From positions 64,604,001 to 64,668,000 of the forward strand of contig NC_043007.1 of assembly GCF_006345805.1 (NCBI RefSeq): a DNA stretch of 64,000 nt, in the 5' to 3' direction. A model generated the notes under the pieces. That model made no database searches. It worked only from the letters and a program-made list of their open reading frames with translations, and was not told the origin of the DNA. Numbering within the stretch: the stretch's first letter is position 1; every line of letters starts with the position of its first letter. Below are positions 25,896-39,738 of this stretch, one piece after another. Both the position numbers and the translations under genes were made by a program. Origin of the DNA: Octopus sinensis (Eukaryota).

Positions 25896-26774
25896 CAGGG
25901 TAGGTAGAAAGTAACTAGGCATTAGAAATTGCTTATGATAAAAACAATTTTTAAGCAGACAACATTAATGGGGATTTTTTATTTTCTTATTTCTTATTTT
26001 CCAGATGGCCAGCCACTTGACTGTTCAGGAGTGAGCTAAGATACCACCACATTTTAAAGTGCGGAATTCCATTGTTTTGGTTCAGAGATGGTGATGTGCA
26101 TGAAAAGGTAAGCATGCAACACTACATTCAGAGACAATAAAAAGTTGTCATGCAAAGCTGATGACCATGGGCTCTGTGAAAGAAGCAAGATGTGGCCATA
26201 CAATCACACCCCGATCAGGGGAAAACGTAGCAACAGTGCAGGAAATGTTTAATCACAGCCTGCAAAATTCAACACGTCAGCAGCTCATGAAAGTGGACTA
26301 ACAAGATAATGCAATACATATGGTGTTGCATAAAGAATTGAATTTTCATTTGTGGAAATCCCATTAGATGCAAGAGCTAAAACCTGAAGACTGTGATCAC
26401 AGAAGTTCAGAAGTCCAGCACTCCAAGAAGTCCAGCACTCCAAGAAGTCCAGATCTCACTTCATGTGATTTTCACCTGTGGGGGTTACACAAAAGAGGTG
26501 TACAAAACAAAACTTTGCACAAGGGAGGACTTTGAGACATGGATTCAGGAGGTTCTCAATGATATCCCAGATGACGTTCTTCAGCAGGTTGTTCATTCCA
26601 TTCCTGACCATTTGAGGAAATTGGTTGATGTCACTGGTTCTTACATTGAAATGTGAAGATTTACTTTCAGTTCCCCATGTAATAGAGAATGTATCATTGG
26701 TGTCAATAAATTTGTAAAAGGAATATGAATTTTATTACCAATTTTTAATGCCTACTTACTTTTCACCCACCCTG
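25896..26774 (+). mobile_element. Internally deleted Tc1/mariner-superfamily DNA transposon
   Basis: Imperfect TIRs cagggtaggtagaaagtaactaggcattagaaattg / caatttttaatgcctacttacttttcacccaccctg, followed by TA; N-terminal MASHLTVQE...VQR and C-terminal PRSPDL..CDF.LWG-like remnants; 17-nt internal duplication at about 26410-26445. Confidence 0.8.
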
Positions 26775-26804
26775 TATATATATATATATACATATATATG
26801 TAAA

Positions 26805-26858
<54 letters not shown>

Positions 26859-26982
26859 TATACATATATACATATATTTACATATATATATATACATATA
26901 TATGTGTGTGTGTATACATATATATATATATTTACATTTATATACATATATGCATTCATGTATATACATATTTATATATGTG

Positions 26983-27035
<53 letters not shown>

Positions 27036-27103
27036 ATGTATATATATATGTACACACACATATGTGTATAATACATATACATATGTATATGTATAAATAT
27101 GTG

Positions 27104-27140
<37 letters not shown>

Positions 27141-27170
27141 GTGTGTGTATATAGTATATATATATATATA

Positions 27171-27387
27171 CTCTTTTACTCTTTTAATTGTTTCAGTCAT
27201 TTGACTGTGGCCATGCTGGAGCACTGCTTTTAGTCGAACAAATCGACCCCGGGACTTATTCTTTGTAAGCCCAGTACTTATTCTATCGGCCTCTTTTGCC
27301 GAACCGCTAAGTGACAGGGACGTAAACACACCAGCATCGGTTGTCAAGCAATGCTTGGGGGACAAACACAGACACACAAACATATAT

Positions 27388-27428
<41 letters not shown>

Positions 27429-27593
27429 TATACAACAGGCTTCTTTCAGTTTCCGTCTACCAAATCCACTCACAAGGCATTGGTCGGCCCGAGGCTATAG
27501 CAGAAGACACTTGCCCAAGATGCCATGCAGTGGGTTTGAACCCGGAACCATGTGGTTGGTAAGCAACCTACTTACCACACAGCCACTCCTGCA

Positions 27594-27594
<1 letters not shown>
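27171..27594 (-). mobile_element. tRNA-derived SINE with internal (TA/CA)n tract
   Basis: Head on minus strand: gcaggagtggctgtgtggtaag...ggttccgggttcaaaccc (A and B boxes); body ...cttgggcaagtgtcttctgctatagcctcgggccgacc...; tail ...gactgaaacaattaaaagagtaaaagag. Confidence 0.85.
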
Positions 27595-27661
<67 letters not shown>

Positions 27662-27679
27662 ATATATATATATTTATAT

Positions 27680-28444
27680 ATAATACAAAATAAGAAAATG
27701 GAGAAATACATCTAAATCATTTATCAACTACCAGATAATACCCAATCACATACTTTATTAAACCACTACATAAAATTAAATAACAAAACAGCGTACATGA
27801 ATGAGTAATACAATACAATAAGTATAATCATTATAAGAGGATATAAATAAATAAATATAAATAGATATAAATATAAATATACACTATATCTTACAACTGT
27901 TTCGGCCATGCAGATAAATATGCCTCATTTTACTTATATTAGCCATGTATAGTATGTCAATATGAAGTTAAAAATGAGACATTTACAAAGACATCTTAAG
28001 GCCTGTTCGGAGATTCTAAAGTATAAACCAAATTACATATATACTCATAAAGTGTGGGTACATACCCACACTTTTATGAGTATATATGTAATTTGGTTTA
28101 TACTTTAGAATCTCCGAACAGGCCTTAAGATGTCTTTGTAAATGTCTCATTTTTAACTTCATATTGACATACTATACATGGCTAATATAAGTAAAATGAG
28201 GCATATTTATCTGCATGGCCGAAACAGCTGTAAGATATAGTGTATATTTATATTTATATCTATTTATATTTATTTATTTATATCCTCTTATAATGATTAT
28301 ACTTATTGTATTGTATTACTCATTCATGTACGCTGTTTTGTTATTTAATTTTATGTAGTGGTTTAATAAAGTATGTGATTGGGTATTATCTGGTAGTTGA
28401 TGAATGATTTAGATGTATTTCTCCATTTTCTTATTTTGTATTAT
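27680..28444. repeat. 765-bp near-perfect palindrome (381/382-bp arms, 2-nt centre)
   Basis: Centre gggta-ca-taccc at 28061-28062; arms pair end to end with two substitutions (27722/28402, 27896/28228) and one 1-nt indel next to the centre, as far as seen by eye. Confidence 0.97.
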
Positions 28445-28648
28445 TAATTTATGGTAAAAATAATTTTACCTTTGCCCATGTAATACAGTAAATGAATTAA
28501 TTGCATCACAATTCTTAACATTTATGTATTAACTTTGTTGGGTACTTCATTAGCAGTATATTGGATATATGTTATCCCATGGAGGGTTGAATTTGAAACC
28601 CCTATCTCAATTTGTAACTATATTTATATATATATATTTATGTATGTG

Positions 28649-28699
<51 letters not shown>

Positions 28700-28700
28700 G

Positions 28701-28780
<80 letters not shown>

Positions 28781-31700
28781 ATGGATAGACAGATAGATAG
28801 ATATCCATACAGACATGCACAGAAAGAGATACCGAGAGAGAGTGAGCAAAAGAAATATATACAGGGAAAAGAAAAAAAAAACCTTCATCTAATAATATTT
28901 CCTTAATGGAATATTTGATGTGAAGGAAGGTTTGCATGTAAAATTGATGTAACTTGTTTGTTTGAATCAATGATTACATTGAGAATAATTGATGTGTATA
29001 TAAAAATCTACATGTAAAAAGGTTCTTTAGTTATAGATGTAGTCTATAAAATTAAGAACAATTTACAGACTGACATACTTTATATATAGTTATCTAGTAT
29101 CTAGCAAGCTGTAGTAGGTGAAGCCATGTGGCCAACCTATCATTATTACAGTCATGGTATCCAAACAATGAAGACAATTTAAGGACAGCAAAATATTTTT
29201 AAGAGTAGAATATGTTAAGCAAGTAAACGAAGCTCCTAACCCGGCTCAATAATTGTAAATTTAGTTATATCCAATTGCTTTTTGTTTAAATTGACAAATA
29301 ATATATAATATTTTCCAGTTCATGAACCAACAAAATATATCCTGTCAGCATCTAAAATATTTCTGTAATATTCATATTTATATTTTTGATTTTGAAATAT
29401 TAAACACAATATAGCAAAAACTAAAAAAATTATAACAGAATTTTTAACAAATTATAACTATTTTACTTTTATAAATATTTTTTTTGTTATAGTTCCTCCT
29501 TTGAAAATGTTATCCATTTTTGAAAAAAAAAAAGGAGTTTAATTTCCCTTTATATATGATTAGCATTTACCCTAACTTGCTTCAGCAATTATTCCTTGAA
29601 TTTTGGTTATAAATCTGAAGATAAAATCTGATGTCTGAAAATTACACAAAAGCCAGCTAATAAAAAAAGTCAAAGCATTAAATAAATTGGAAAAAAAAAA
29701 TACAAGAAAGCTATTCTAAAATAATACTAAGCATATAATATTAATTCTTAAAATATTTTTAAAGAATACAATCAATGAGAAAGATTTTCATGAGAGAGTT
29801 TTCAGCAGGTGATTTTTTTTTATCTACATATCCAGTGCTAAGCAGATTACTACCACTAGCAGAATGTGGCCACTGTTACCACCTAAACTACACTTCTAAG
29901 AGAGCTATCATCTGGAACATCATGCATTAGGAAACAGAAAATTCTGTTTTTAAAAGTTGCTCCATTACTCTTTCCTGTAAAGCTTAATGACTCAATTATG
30001 TATCGAATATGTTTATATACACAATATTGTAACCTGTTCATGAAAAACAAATTTTCTTTGTGCAAGAAAATAATCAATAATAAATTACAGTGATATGTAA
30101 AGAAAATGAAATAACAACACATAACAAACAAATACAGGGAAATAGTAGACATTAAAGAAGAATGTAATGAATCTAAAAATTTTATATCAAGATAAGATCA
30201 GGATAAGTGACAGAAAAAAAAACCAAAGCAAAAAATAATTATTGCTTGTAAGTCATCACTTTCAGAAAATATGAGAAAGAGAGAGAGAGAGAGAGAGAGA
30301 ACAACAAAATGTTCTTATTTGATTTATTTTTTTCCCTTATTCTGCTTAATACTGTTTTAAAGATCTTTCTCATCATAAACATGTTTAAAATTATTTTCAA
30401 AATCTTTAATTTTTATGTTAGTAACAAATTTACATAATAGCTTATGCACATACTTATTCTAGTCTTAGGTCAGAATCTATACTTCTATAAACAGCCGCAA
30501 TATTTTTGATATAGTAATCTGAACCCCAAATTAGTAGTTCTTTTGCCCAACTCATTTTTATTGCTACCTAACTATTTTCATTCTCTCTCTGAGTCACTTA
30601 CCAAACATTTGATGCAGGTCTTCATTTTGAGGACTGTGACTCTGTTTATTTACTTCCATCCCATGTTGTCTTATAATGAAATGAACATTTTAGAATGTAT
30701 ATCAGCCATGGCAGTTTCACATATCCACCACAAATTTTATTTAAGAAAACTTTCATAGCTATTGGTGGACCAGTTGATAAAAGAAAATACAGCTTATTCT
30801 GTTAATACATTCTATTTTTCTTTACAAATAATATTCTTGCAACTTTCAGTATTTGCTTATTTATATGGGCAAATTCTCATGAGTATCATCTATAATCATG
30901 GATTATTCAGAAAGCTTTAAGTCAATGATAACTACACATGATATAGACAAAATCTCAGCTATGCCCACAAAGATATAATATCCTCTCCTAAAATAATAAA
31001 TTCTATTGTAAGAAATTTACTAATACAACTGTGAATGTGAATCAGTTTTTAAATGGAACTTGAATATCTAGCACCCTTTTATAAAGAAACAAATCATTTG
31101 TGAAACTAACTAAAATTGTAAATTACTATTCAATTAACCAAGAGGAATGACTGAACAAATACACCTTTTATTTACAAGCCTATCAAGGAAGTAAAGAGAA
31201 TAAATTTCAACATTTTATGAATATTAATTTAATGACTCATATTCCTTTAACAATCGATATCTTTCAATGCAGAGCACATTATAAATAATATTATTATCAA
31301 ACAAAAAATAAAAAGAGAAAAAAAGAAACTAGTTTAAATTCATAAAAAAAGCAGTATAATATATATATTTATTTAGTTAAAATGAAACTCAAAGATGAGG
31401 CCCACTATTTGAATGTGAGGGTATACATTAAATGTTTTCAAAGGCATGATTAAAATGCAACCTAATTCTTAACTATTGATACAGTTTCAAATGATCCTAG
31501 CAATGTTTATCAACCATTAAACTTTAAAAAAAATGCCAATTTCAATCTTAGATGTACTTGTAAAAATGAGGTGCATATTCATACACATACATAGCTATAT
31601 TATATATGATTACACAAATATGGTACATATATGTTCACATAAACAGTCAAATACACAACAACACATGTATGAATATATTTTTAGTGACTAATTCAACTTC

Positions 31701-31899
31701 CATACAATAGTATCACACCAGTATCCAGGAATTTGAATATGGCAACCTTCAAAGGACTCTCTTGTAAGTGTTGAAACAAATGTCATGATGCTGGCATGTC
31801 ACATATGTGACACTACCTATGTTCTGTTGCCTCCAAAAGAGAGAGGAAACATTTCAGTCTGACAAATTGACATTTTTTATTTAAATCTTTTTTTTTTAT

Positions 31900-33180
31900 T
31901 AATCATTGGTGCGGGGTGGTTTATGAAGAGTGAAATATAAATTACACTGTTTTGGACTATCATTGTATGTGGTAGCACTCTTCTGATAAATGATGTAATA
32001 TCAGTAAGCTAATTTTTTTTATCTTTCTTTTGCCAAGACTACAAGGAGAAATTTGCAACAAATCTCAAGTCCAGGTTAAATCCTGCAAAAAGTGAGTTTG
32101 GAAAAGTCACCAAACCCAACCTAAAGAGGTGTACGCTTGCTTCATAGAACTCAAAAATGCATATGACCACATACTGCTGGACATGCATGTGAAGGGTTTT
32201 ACAGGAGTTTGGAATTAATGAGCAACTTTTTTTAGTTGGGAAATCCCTATATAAAAAGTTCAGATGTTTGTATTCAGATAAATGGTGTTAAGTTGAAACC
32301 TTTCAATGGTGGGTGTTGGGTTTCAGCAGGGATGCATTTTGTCACCTCTCTTCATAATTTTTATGAACTGGATTGACATGTGCAGCCATTGTGAAAGTGG
32401 TATCACAATCAGTTGGTGTAGGATTGGTTGGTTGATATTTGCAGATGACATGGTGCTACTTGGCTCATCAGCAAGTGATCTCTAGTATATACTGAATTAA
32501 TTTGCTACCAAGTTTTGCAAAGTAGGAATGAGAATTAGTGTTACAAAAACTGAAAACAGGTCTTTTCAAGAAAGTTTTCCCAGTGCACTCGGCATATTAG
32601 TGGAACATTGCTGAGACAAGTGGTGAAGTTTAAGTATCTTGGGGTTCAATTCATGAGTGATGAGAAGCAGGATGCTAGATTTGCAAGTGCTGGCACCTGG
32701 CAGTAATACACTAACTCCTGCATTCAATTCTCAAGAAAGAGGTTGGTAAAAAAGTCACACTTTTTATTTTCAAACCAGTTTAATTGTCTATCCTTACCTA
32801 TGGTCATGAATTTTGGGTAATGATCAAAAAGTATGATTGCAACTACATGCACCAAAATGTGGTTACACTGAAGGGAATAATGTTACTCAGGTTACTTCAT
32901 AACATTGAGAAATCACAGCTCTGGTACCACAAATGTATGATTAGATTGTCACAGGAAAGAATTGCAAAACAGATTCTTCGAGCCAAGTCAACCAGCAGGG
33001 GACCTAGATGTAGACCAAAAACAAGATGGATGGATAATATCCATAGTCTCAGTTGGTCATGCTTGAGAATTCAATGGAAAACTCTAAGGATGGTTGCATC
33101 AGTAATGACTAGGACTCTATGGAGGAGATGCCTGAAGGCTCTGCTCCCATGACTTTCCCAAGAATAGTGGTGAAGATGTA
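31900..33180 (+). mobile_element. Old RTE-like LINE RT relic
   Basis: YACFIELKNAYDH near 32130-32170, FADDMVLL near 32440, KYLG near 32632, RGPRCRPKTRW near 33000; many disruptions. Confidence 0.7.
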
Positions 33181-33801
33181 TGGATAAAATTTGAAATTCC
33201 ACTAAATTCAACGGGATAATACCAATACAGTAGTTTACTCTTTTAGCAATATTAGCAATGAAAACGGATGCACTTTGACTCAGTTCAATATTGTTGAATT
33301 CAACCTGTCAATTTTCAAGCCCCTCTTCAACAGAGCTGTGGAATTTGAAATGACACATTGCAATAGTGTTGATAGCAATCTCAACATGATCATGAGCGTC
33401 GGAAAGTCACAGTTTTCCATGGAGAAAGACTCATGGTTCATTTGATATTATGGTGGGCTGCTTTGTCAAAGGAGATGCATGTAATCTAGTTGGATTATTC
33501 ATCCTAAGTAATCTTAAAAAAAAACATTTAAGATTTTAGACATCAGGCCGGACAGAGATGACAACCTAGCTATCATTAAGAACATACATGAATAAGATCT
33601 ACATAACACAAGGAAACTAAATACCTAATTAGTACCTTTAAAGAACTAGGGAAGAATATCACTAATTACATATATAAATTTCTAGACATTTTAAAAAATC
33701 TCAACCAATGTAAGAACTGTACAGAAAACAAAATGAAAAGCTCATTTACATCAACAGAATCTCCACCATTTAAAAAAATCTAACTAACAACAATTTCCAA
33801 C

Positions 33802-33831
33802 CTGTGCTAGCACGGAAAACGGACGTTAAAC

Positions 33832-33856
<25 letters not shown>
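33802..33856 (+). mobile_element. Very short RTE 3'-terminal fragment with (GAT)n tail
   Basis: tgctagcacggaaaacggacgttaaacgatgatgat... matches the terminus of the 23059-25102 element. Confidence 0.75.
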
Positions 33857-33863
<7 letters not shown>

Positions 33864-36800
33864 TAGTAAAAACTCCAGCATCTCAGAAAATGGAACATTT
33901 TATAGAATTACAATCCAGTGCTACAATATACTTCTGAATAATGGATTTAGAGAAAAAAATTAAGTTTATCTCTAAACCTGAATCACTATAAAATCATAAA
34001 AAATGCAATCATGGTGAAATCTAATTTGGGCCATCATATTGCCCATGTGAATATTTGATATTGCTAGGAATTTCATAAACATGATCCATTTTCTCATAGG
34101 ATACAAACATTACAAACTAGTTCACAGTAAAACTTAAGGGTAAACTATAGATGCAAGACAAACACAGGGAACATCCTTGCATGCTGTAGGTGCCTCAAAC
34201 TACCATGTAGTTATGAGTGGCAATGACTGCAACAGTCCAAACAGAATTATACCTTTGGCAATTGATGCAATGATGTATCAATGATTTATGAGCTATCATG
34301 CTAATCCAAGGAAACATAAGATCTAGATTATATATTGAAATGTGCTAGTGCAGTTTCAAGAGCCAAGTCTACCTTTAGACATGCAGACAAAAAGAAACAA
34401 TGGTACTTGAAATATCACAATATTGATAAGTTTTAATATCACCTAATCTAAACTACTTTTCAGCAGCAAACACATCCATTGCTATGGTTTTACTTTAAAA
34501 TATTCATTGTGACCAAGACAACAAAATTACACTACTTTGACCTATTACTGTATGTGGTGGCTTCATCCTGATAAACCATGTAATGTCAATAAGCTCATTA
34601 TTAACTTTATGTTCTTCAAGACTGCAAGGAGAAATTTGCAACCCCAGAACTAATTTCTAAGTGTTAACATGAGAATAATTTCTAACTTTCTAATCTCAAA
34701 AGAATGATTGAACATGAAACATCTGAACAATTGAAAGTTCACAGACCACCATCCTATTCAAAAGACAAACCAGAAGTCAACAAAATGATGAGCCATACTG
34801 AAAAAAAGCTTTCTTCACAAAAAAATAATCTAACAAAAACAATCCATAAGTGTTATTCATTCCACCAGCTAGCCTCATCCAAAGATTGTCTAAGAACAGG
34901 GATATGAAACCCTGATTAATGGAATGCTGTAAGTTGTAACTGTAACCCTACATATTAACTATTTACTCATCTAAAGGTACAAAGTTTTCTTATATTTTGT
35001 TTGTAGTAGACACATACACACATAGACACATACACACATGCTCACATATATACAAATATTATACATATACAATCACAAAACTATTTCAAAGATAAGATGA
35101 GAAACCTATAGTTTTAAATAACTAATAGAAAATAATTAATTTTTCCATGATAACTGAAGTACTTATCTTGCATATTTATAATCCCATCTGATTATAAGAC
35201 AAGCAATTAAAGATGTAAATCCTAATGGTTGTAGGTACTATTGCAAATTTAGGTAGTCATTTCACTTTATTTAATCATTTATTATTGATCTCTTATTTAA
35301 AATAGATGTAAACCTTCAAGATATAACATGTATTTACAAAAGTAAAAACTTCAGTAGTTAAAGGAAAATTGCTAAAGTTGCTATTTAGGTGCTAAATAGT
35401 AAAAGTTAAAATTAATGTTAAAATATTTGAAGAGAGCATTAAAAAAACATGTGGTGAAGGATAAACAAACTTAATTGACTAATGTTATTTTCAATTATGT
35501 AGCAAGTATGGGACACAATTTTAGCAAGTACAGGAGATATGATTGGCTTTGGATCTCATCAGTAAAACAAAGTCTTCACAGTATTTTCCCTGGTAGTGAT
35601 GAAATATCATTAATTGTACAATAACTGTACACTGATTGTTGTAGGAAAATAGAGTTGTTAAGTAGAGGATAAAATGCTTTGCTGATTATGTCAGAACAAG
35701 ACTGAAATAGGGAAAAAAAAGACTGCCTCTGAAAATACTAGTTATTAATTAAAATTGTTTTCTTTCCTTGCAGTAGATTTATTTCTAGTGAGCTTTGCAT
35801 TGTTCTCTGCATTGAATATGCTTGCACTAACTTGGTTATTGTTTTTCATGTGGATAGTATCTCTGATTATCTGTTTCCTTGACTAGTAAATCAACATCTT
35901 GATTTTCCCAAGTATATAATATTAAACTGCCCAATATTTTAGCAAACAATAACACTAAATTGATTGTGAAATGAAGATGTAGAAAATAGTATTTTAGTAT
36001 TTAGTTTGGAATTATCTTCAATGAGTAATAATTAATGTTGAATAAAATCTTCGAAATATTTTCATACTATATGTTTATGTAATTTTTGTTTAATATGATG
36101 CAGGTTTAATATGAGCAAAATGAAGTAAATAAACAACATTATCAATATATATATATATTCAAAGCTATTCTAAGCTTGACAACTATATATTGTTCCACCA
36201 CTATTTAAACCATATAATTTCTTTTTTATATTATTTAATACATGTGACTTATTTTGTAGTAATTTTTTTTAAACAATTGTTGCTATAACTGAAAACAATA
36301 CCAATATTATAAAAATAAATAAAATAAAAAGAACTAAATGAAAACTTAAAAGAATACAAACTTTAATATGTTCACATACTGAAGGGAAACTTTGACTACT
36401 AAAATAATAAACAGACATCTTTTATAACATTAATGACATATAAGCCAAACTACTGCAATCATAGGAATATTGTGAAGGCTGTAAAGAAATTTTATGCACA
36501 GTCAGTAAATATATTATTAAAGATTACAATCTTGAAAAACATTAAAATCAATGAATTTTCTGGGATAGCAATTTAAATAAACATAGGTAATATTATTAAA
36601 CACCCTTTCCGTTCTTAGGGGTGGTATTTTTTTTTGATAGTCTTTATAAAAAAAAAATGAAATAAAATTATTATATTGGACAAATATAGCTTTGCTCTTT
36701 AGACTGGCAACACATCCTCGATTTGCATTTAAGACACATTTTTTCCTCAACATACAAATGTTTTATCAATTGTGATGTTTGCTGAAATATTTCTAGTTTG

Positions 36801-37794
36801 AAGGTATATTAATGTGTTAAAAGCATGAAGTATGATGCTACTTAGATATATTGAGTAAAGCATATGGGTGAAAAGTACAATATAATTTTGCAAAAAAAAA
36901 AAAAAAGAAAAAGGGCATTTGAATCTGACTTTTGCTATCAAAATAAAACATTATTTAAAACAGAAGAATAAAGAACAATTATCTCAGAATGAGAATTTAA
37001 ATCTTTTACTGTTGTATCCAGGGAGAGTCATTCTCTTTTAGTGCCTTATAATTTAACGCACTTACTGGTAAAATTTTCACTTATTTCCTTCTTTATTTAT
37101 TTCTTTATTTTTCTAGTAGAAATTTTACTGGTAAGTGTGTTAAATTATAAGGCACTAAAAGAGAATGACTGTTCCCAGACACAACAGTATATGCTCCAAC
37201 ACATGAACTCACATAAAGAATCTTGCAAACCAAATCCAAAAACGAAATTAAATCTTATAGCTTATTATAAATATTATCAAAGATAGTAATTAGTTAAACT
37301 TTTAGTCATCTAAAAAAAAAGCATGCATAAATATATGTGTGTTTACTTGTATATGACTCTGTGTGTGTGTGTGGGCATGGGTACACACACATACACACAA
37401 ACACACACATATATATATATATATATATACATATCAGCTCTGGCTAAAAGTTTGAATACATATTTAAAATTAAAAATTTTTCAAAATATATTTTGATATA
37501 AAGATAAAAACTAATTATTAACTGAATATTTTCAAATAACAAAGTTAATTAATTTATATTTCATATTATAAGAATGATGTAATATTTCATAATTTCAACA
37601 TCTGGCTAACATTTCTGATACTATAAATTACTACCTAGAGTGATCTAGCAGTGGTCTGCCCATGATCAGGTCCTGTGTATGTGAACACTCTCCTGCACTC
37701 TCTGCCATTCCCCTGCCACTGTCAAGTAAATTACTGCAATATCAGCTACAATGACTAGATTTGGGATGAATACTGGAGTGGTTTTTTATTGCCT

Positions 37795-37915
37795 TCACTA
37801 GGCACATGGCCTAGTGGTTACACTCATGGTTGCAAGATCATGGGTTCAATTCCCAGATTAGGTGATGTATTGGGTTCTTGAGCAAAACATTTCATTTCAT
37901 GCTGGTCTGTGGGTG
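37795..37915 (+). mobile_element. SINE head fragment (tRNA-like A/B boxes)
   Basis: ggcacatggcctagtggtt...gatcatgggttcaattccc followed by cttgagcaaaacatttcatttca. Confidence 0.55.
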
Positions 37916-38582
37916 GAAGAGTGGCAGAATTGTTGGCTGTCATAGAACAACATTGAGGATTGCTTGCAATTTTGCAAGGATGATAAAAATTGAATTATGG
38001 AAGATAGCTTAAAGTCATGTTTAATTACTAAACATCAATTAAACATTTGGTATCTAATGCTCCTTTAATTAATTTTCTATCAAACAACTGTCAGTATAAA
38101 GCTGTTGCATGAGTAAAGTAATGCTGGTATTCAGATGATGCTTTAAAGTACAGCCATAAACTCTAAAACTTATCTGGACGTTCTGAAGAATTAAGTTTCT
38201 TGAACATATGATAATCTTTAATTGCACTATATTCTAATAAGATGGTTCATCCAGTCATTCTGCAAAACCACTTAGATTTAATCTTATTATTTTATTGGAC
38301 TGATAGTCAGAATAGTCTGCTAACCTGAAGCATACAAAAATTGTGTAGGTTCATACAAAAAGGAAAATTGTAGCTTTAATTCTTTATTAATTTCAGATCT
38401 AAATGAGAAGAAATCACAGGTTTGAAGACACAAGGTTCTGCAAAAACTTAGTTAAAAGAGTAACTGATGCATTGCTGCTGTTGTACTGGAAGCAAAGGTG
38501 TATATCAGATATGAACACTATGATGTTGTACTTTTGTTCAAAGCTTTCAGGTTACCTACTTATTTTAATATTAAGTATACTT

Positions 38583-38945
38583 CATCTGAGCGTGATCGTT
38601 GCCAGAGTGGCTATCTGGCCCCTGGCCAGTGGCACGTAAAAGACACCATTCAAGTGTGATTGTTACCAGCATCGCCTTACTGGCACCTGTGCCGGTGGCA
38701 TGTGTAAAAGGATTCTAGTGAAGTCATTGCCAGTACCATCTGACTGGCCCTGTGCCGATGGTACATAAAAGCACCCACCACACTCTTGGAGTGGTTGGCG
38801 TTAGGAAGGGCATCCAGCTGTAGAAACTCTGCCAGATCAAGATTGAAGCCTGGTGCAGCCATCTGGTTCACCAGCCCTCAGTCATTCGTCCAACCCATGC
38901 TAGCATAGAAAGTGGACGTTAAACGATGATGATGATGATGATGAC
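38583..38945 (+). mobile_element. RTE 3' UTR fragment with (GAT)n tail
   Basis: Matches 24830-25102 (ggagtggttggcgttaggaagggcatccagctgtagaaac...ccaacccatgctagcat...gacgttaaacgatgatgat). Confidence 0.85.
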
Positions 38946-39667
38946 TCCTTAGTGACATTTCCAAATTCAGCCAAGGTTAACTTTGCCTTTTATCATTTTG
39001 GAGTTGGTAAAATAAGTATCAGTTGAGTATTGGGGTTGATGTAATTGACATACTCCCACCAATGAATTTGCAGGCCTTGTGCCAAAATTTGAAACCAGTA
39101 TTAAGTATACTCCTTGCTTTTGCTATACATCATCAATGATGACACCTTAATAAGAGTATTTGAACTTTTGATAAGGAATGTATATATTATATGTATATGT
39201 ATATATGCAGTGTGTGTGTGTGTGTGTTGTGTATAAACACAAACATATATATATTTACACTTACAATATAAATGTAGAAGTTTTGAAATATATATACATA
39301 TATATATATACATAAAACGAGGTGAATTTGGAACCAAATACAACTATAAGAAAGGATTGTAATATGTTGGGTTAAAAACCCTGGCATAGAAAAATGATTG
39401 AAAGCTACCTGTAGGACTTGAATCATGCATCTTCTCTCACTGTGACAGATATGCAACCAATTGTAGACTTACATTCTTGTTTGACAGAAGGGAGGCCGAA
39501 CGTTACTTTGAAGCAATTGGTAGCATGTCTATCAGGGTTACGGAAAATGTGTGGTTCAAGACCTGCATGTTACTTTTGGCCTTTTTCTCACCAAACAAGT
39601 TTATCCTGATATATTGCAAGCTAATATTTATGGCCCTACTTGTTTTGAAATAAATTATTAAATGATT

Positions 39668-39738
<71 letters not shown>

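Noticed and set aside
27530-27594. tRNA-like A/B boxes
   Set aside because: They are SINE heads and do not form a full cloverleaf; no true tRNA gene called.
428-28970. Many ORFs rich in YI, CV, HT or MY dipeptides
   Set aside because: Translations of (TA)n, (CA)n and (TATG)n microsatellites; no coding signal.
30599-30670. Strong minus-strand donor (TTG|gtaagt) suggesting an optional exon
   Set aside because: Candidate exons are 40 or 68 nt, not multiples of three, and the longer one has an in-frame stop.
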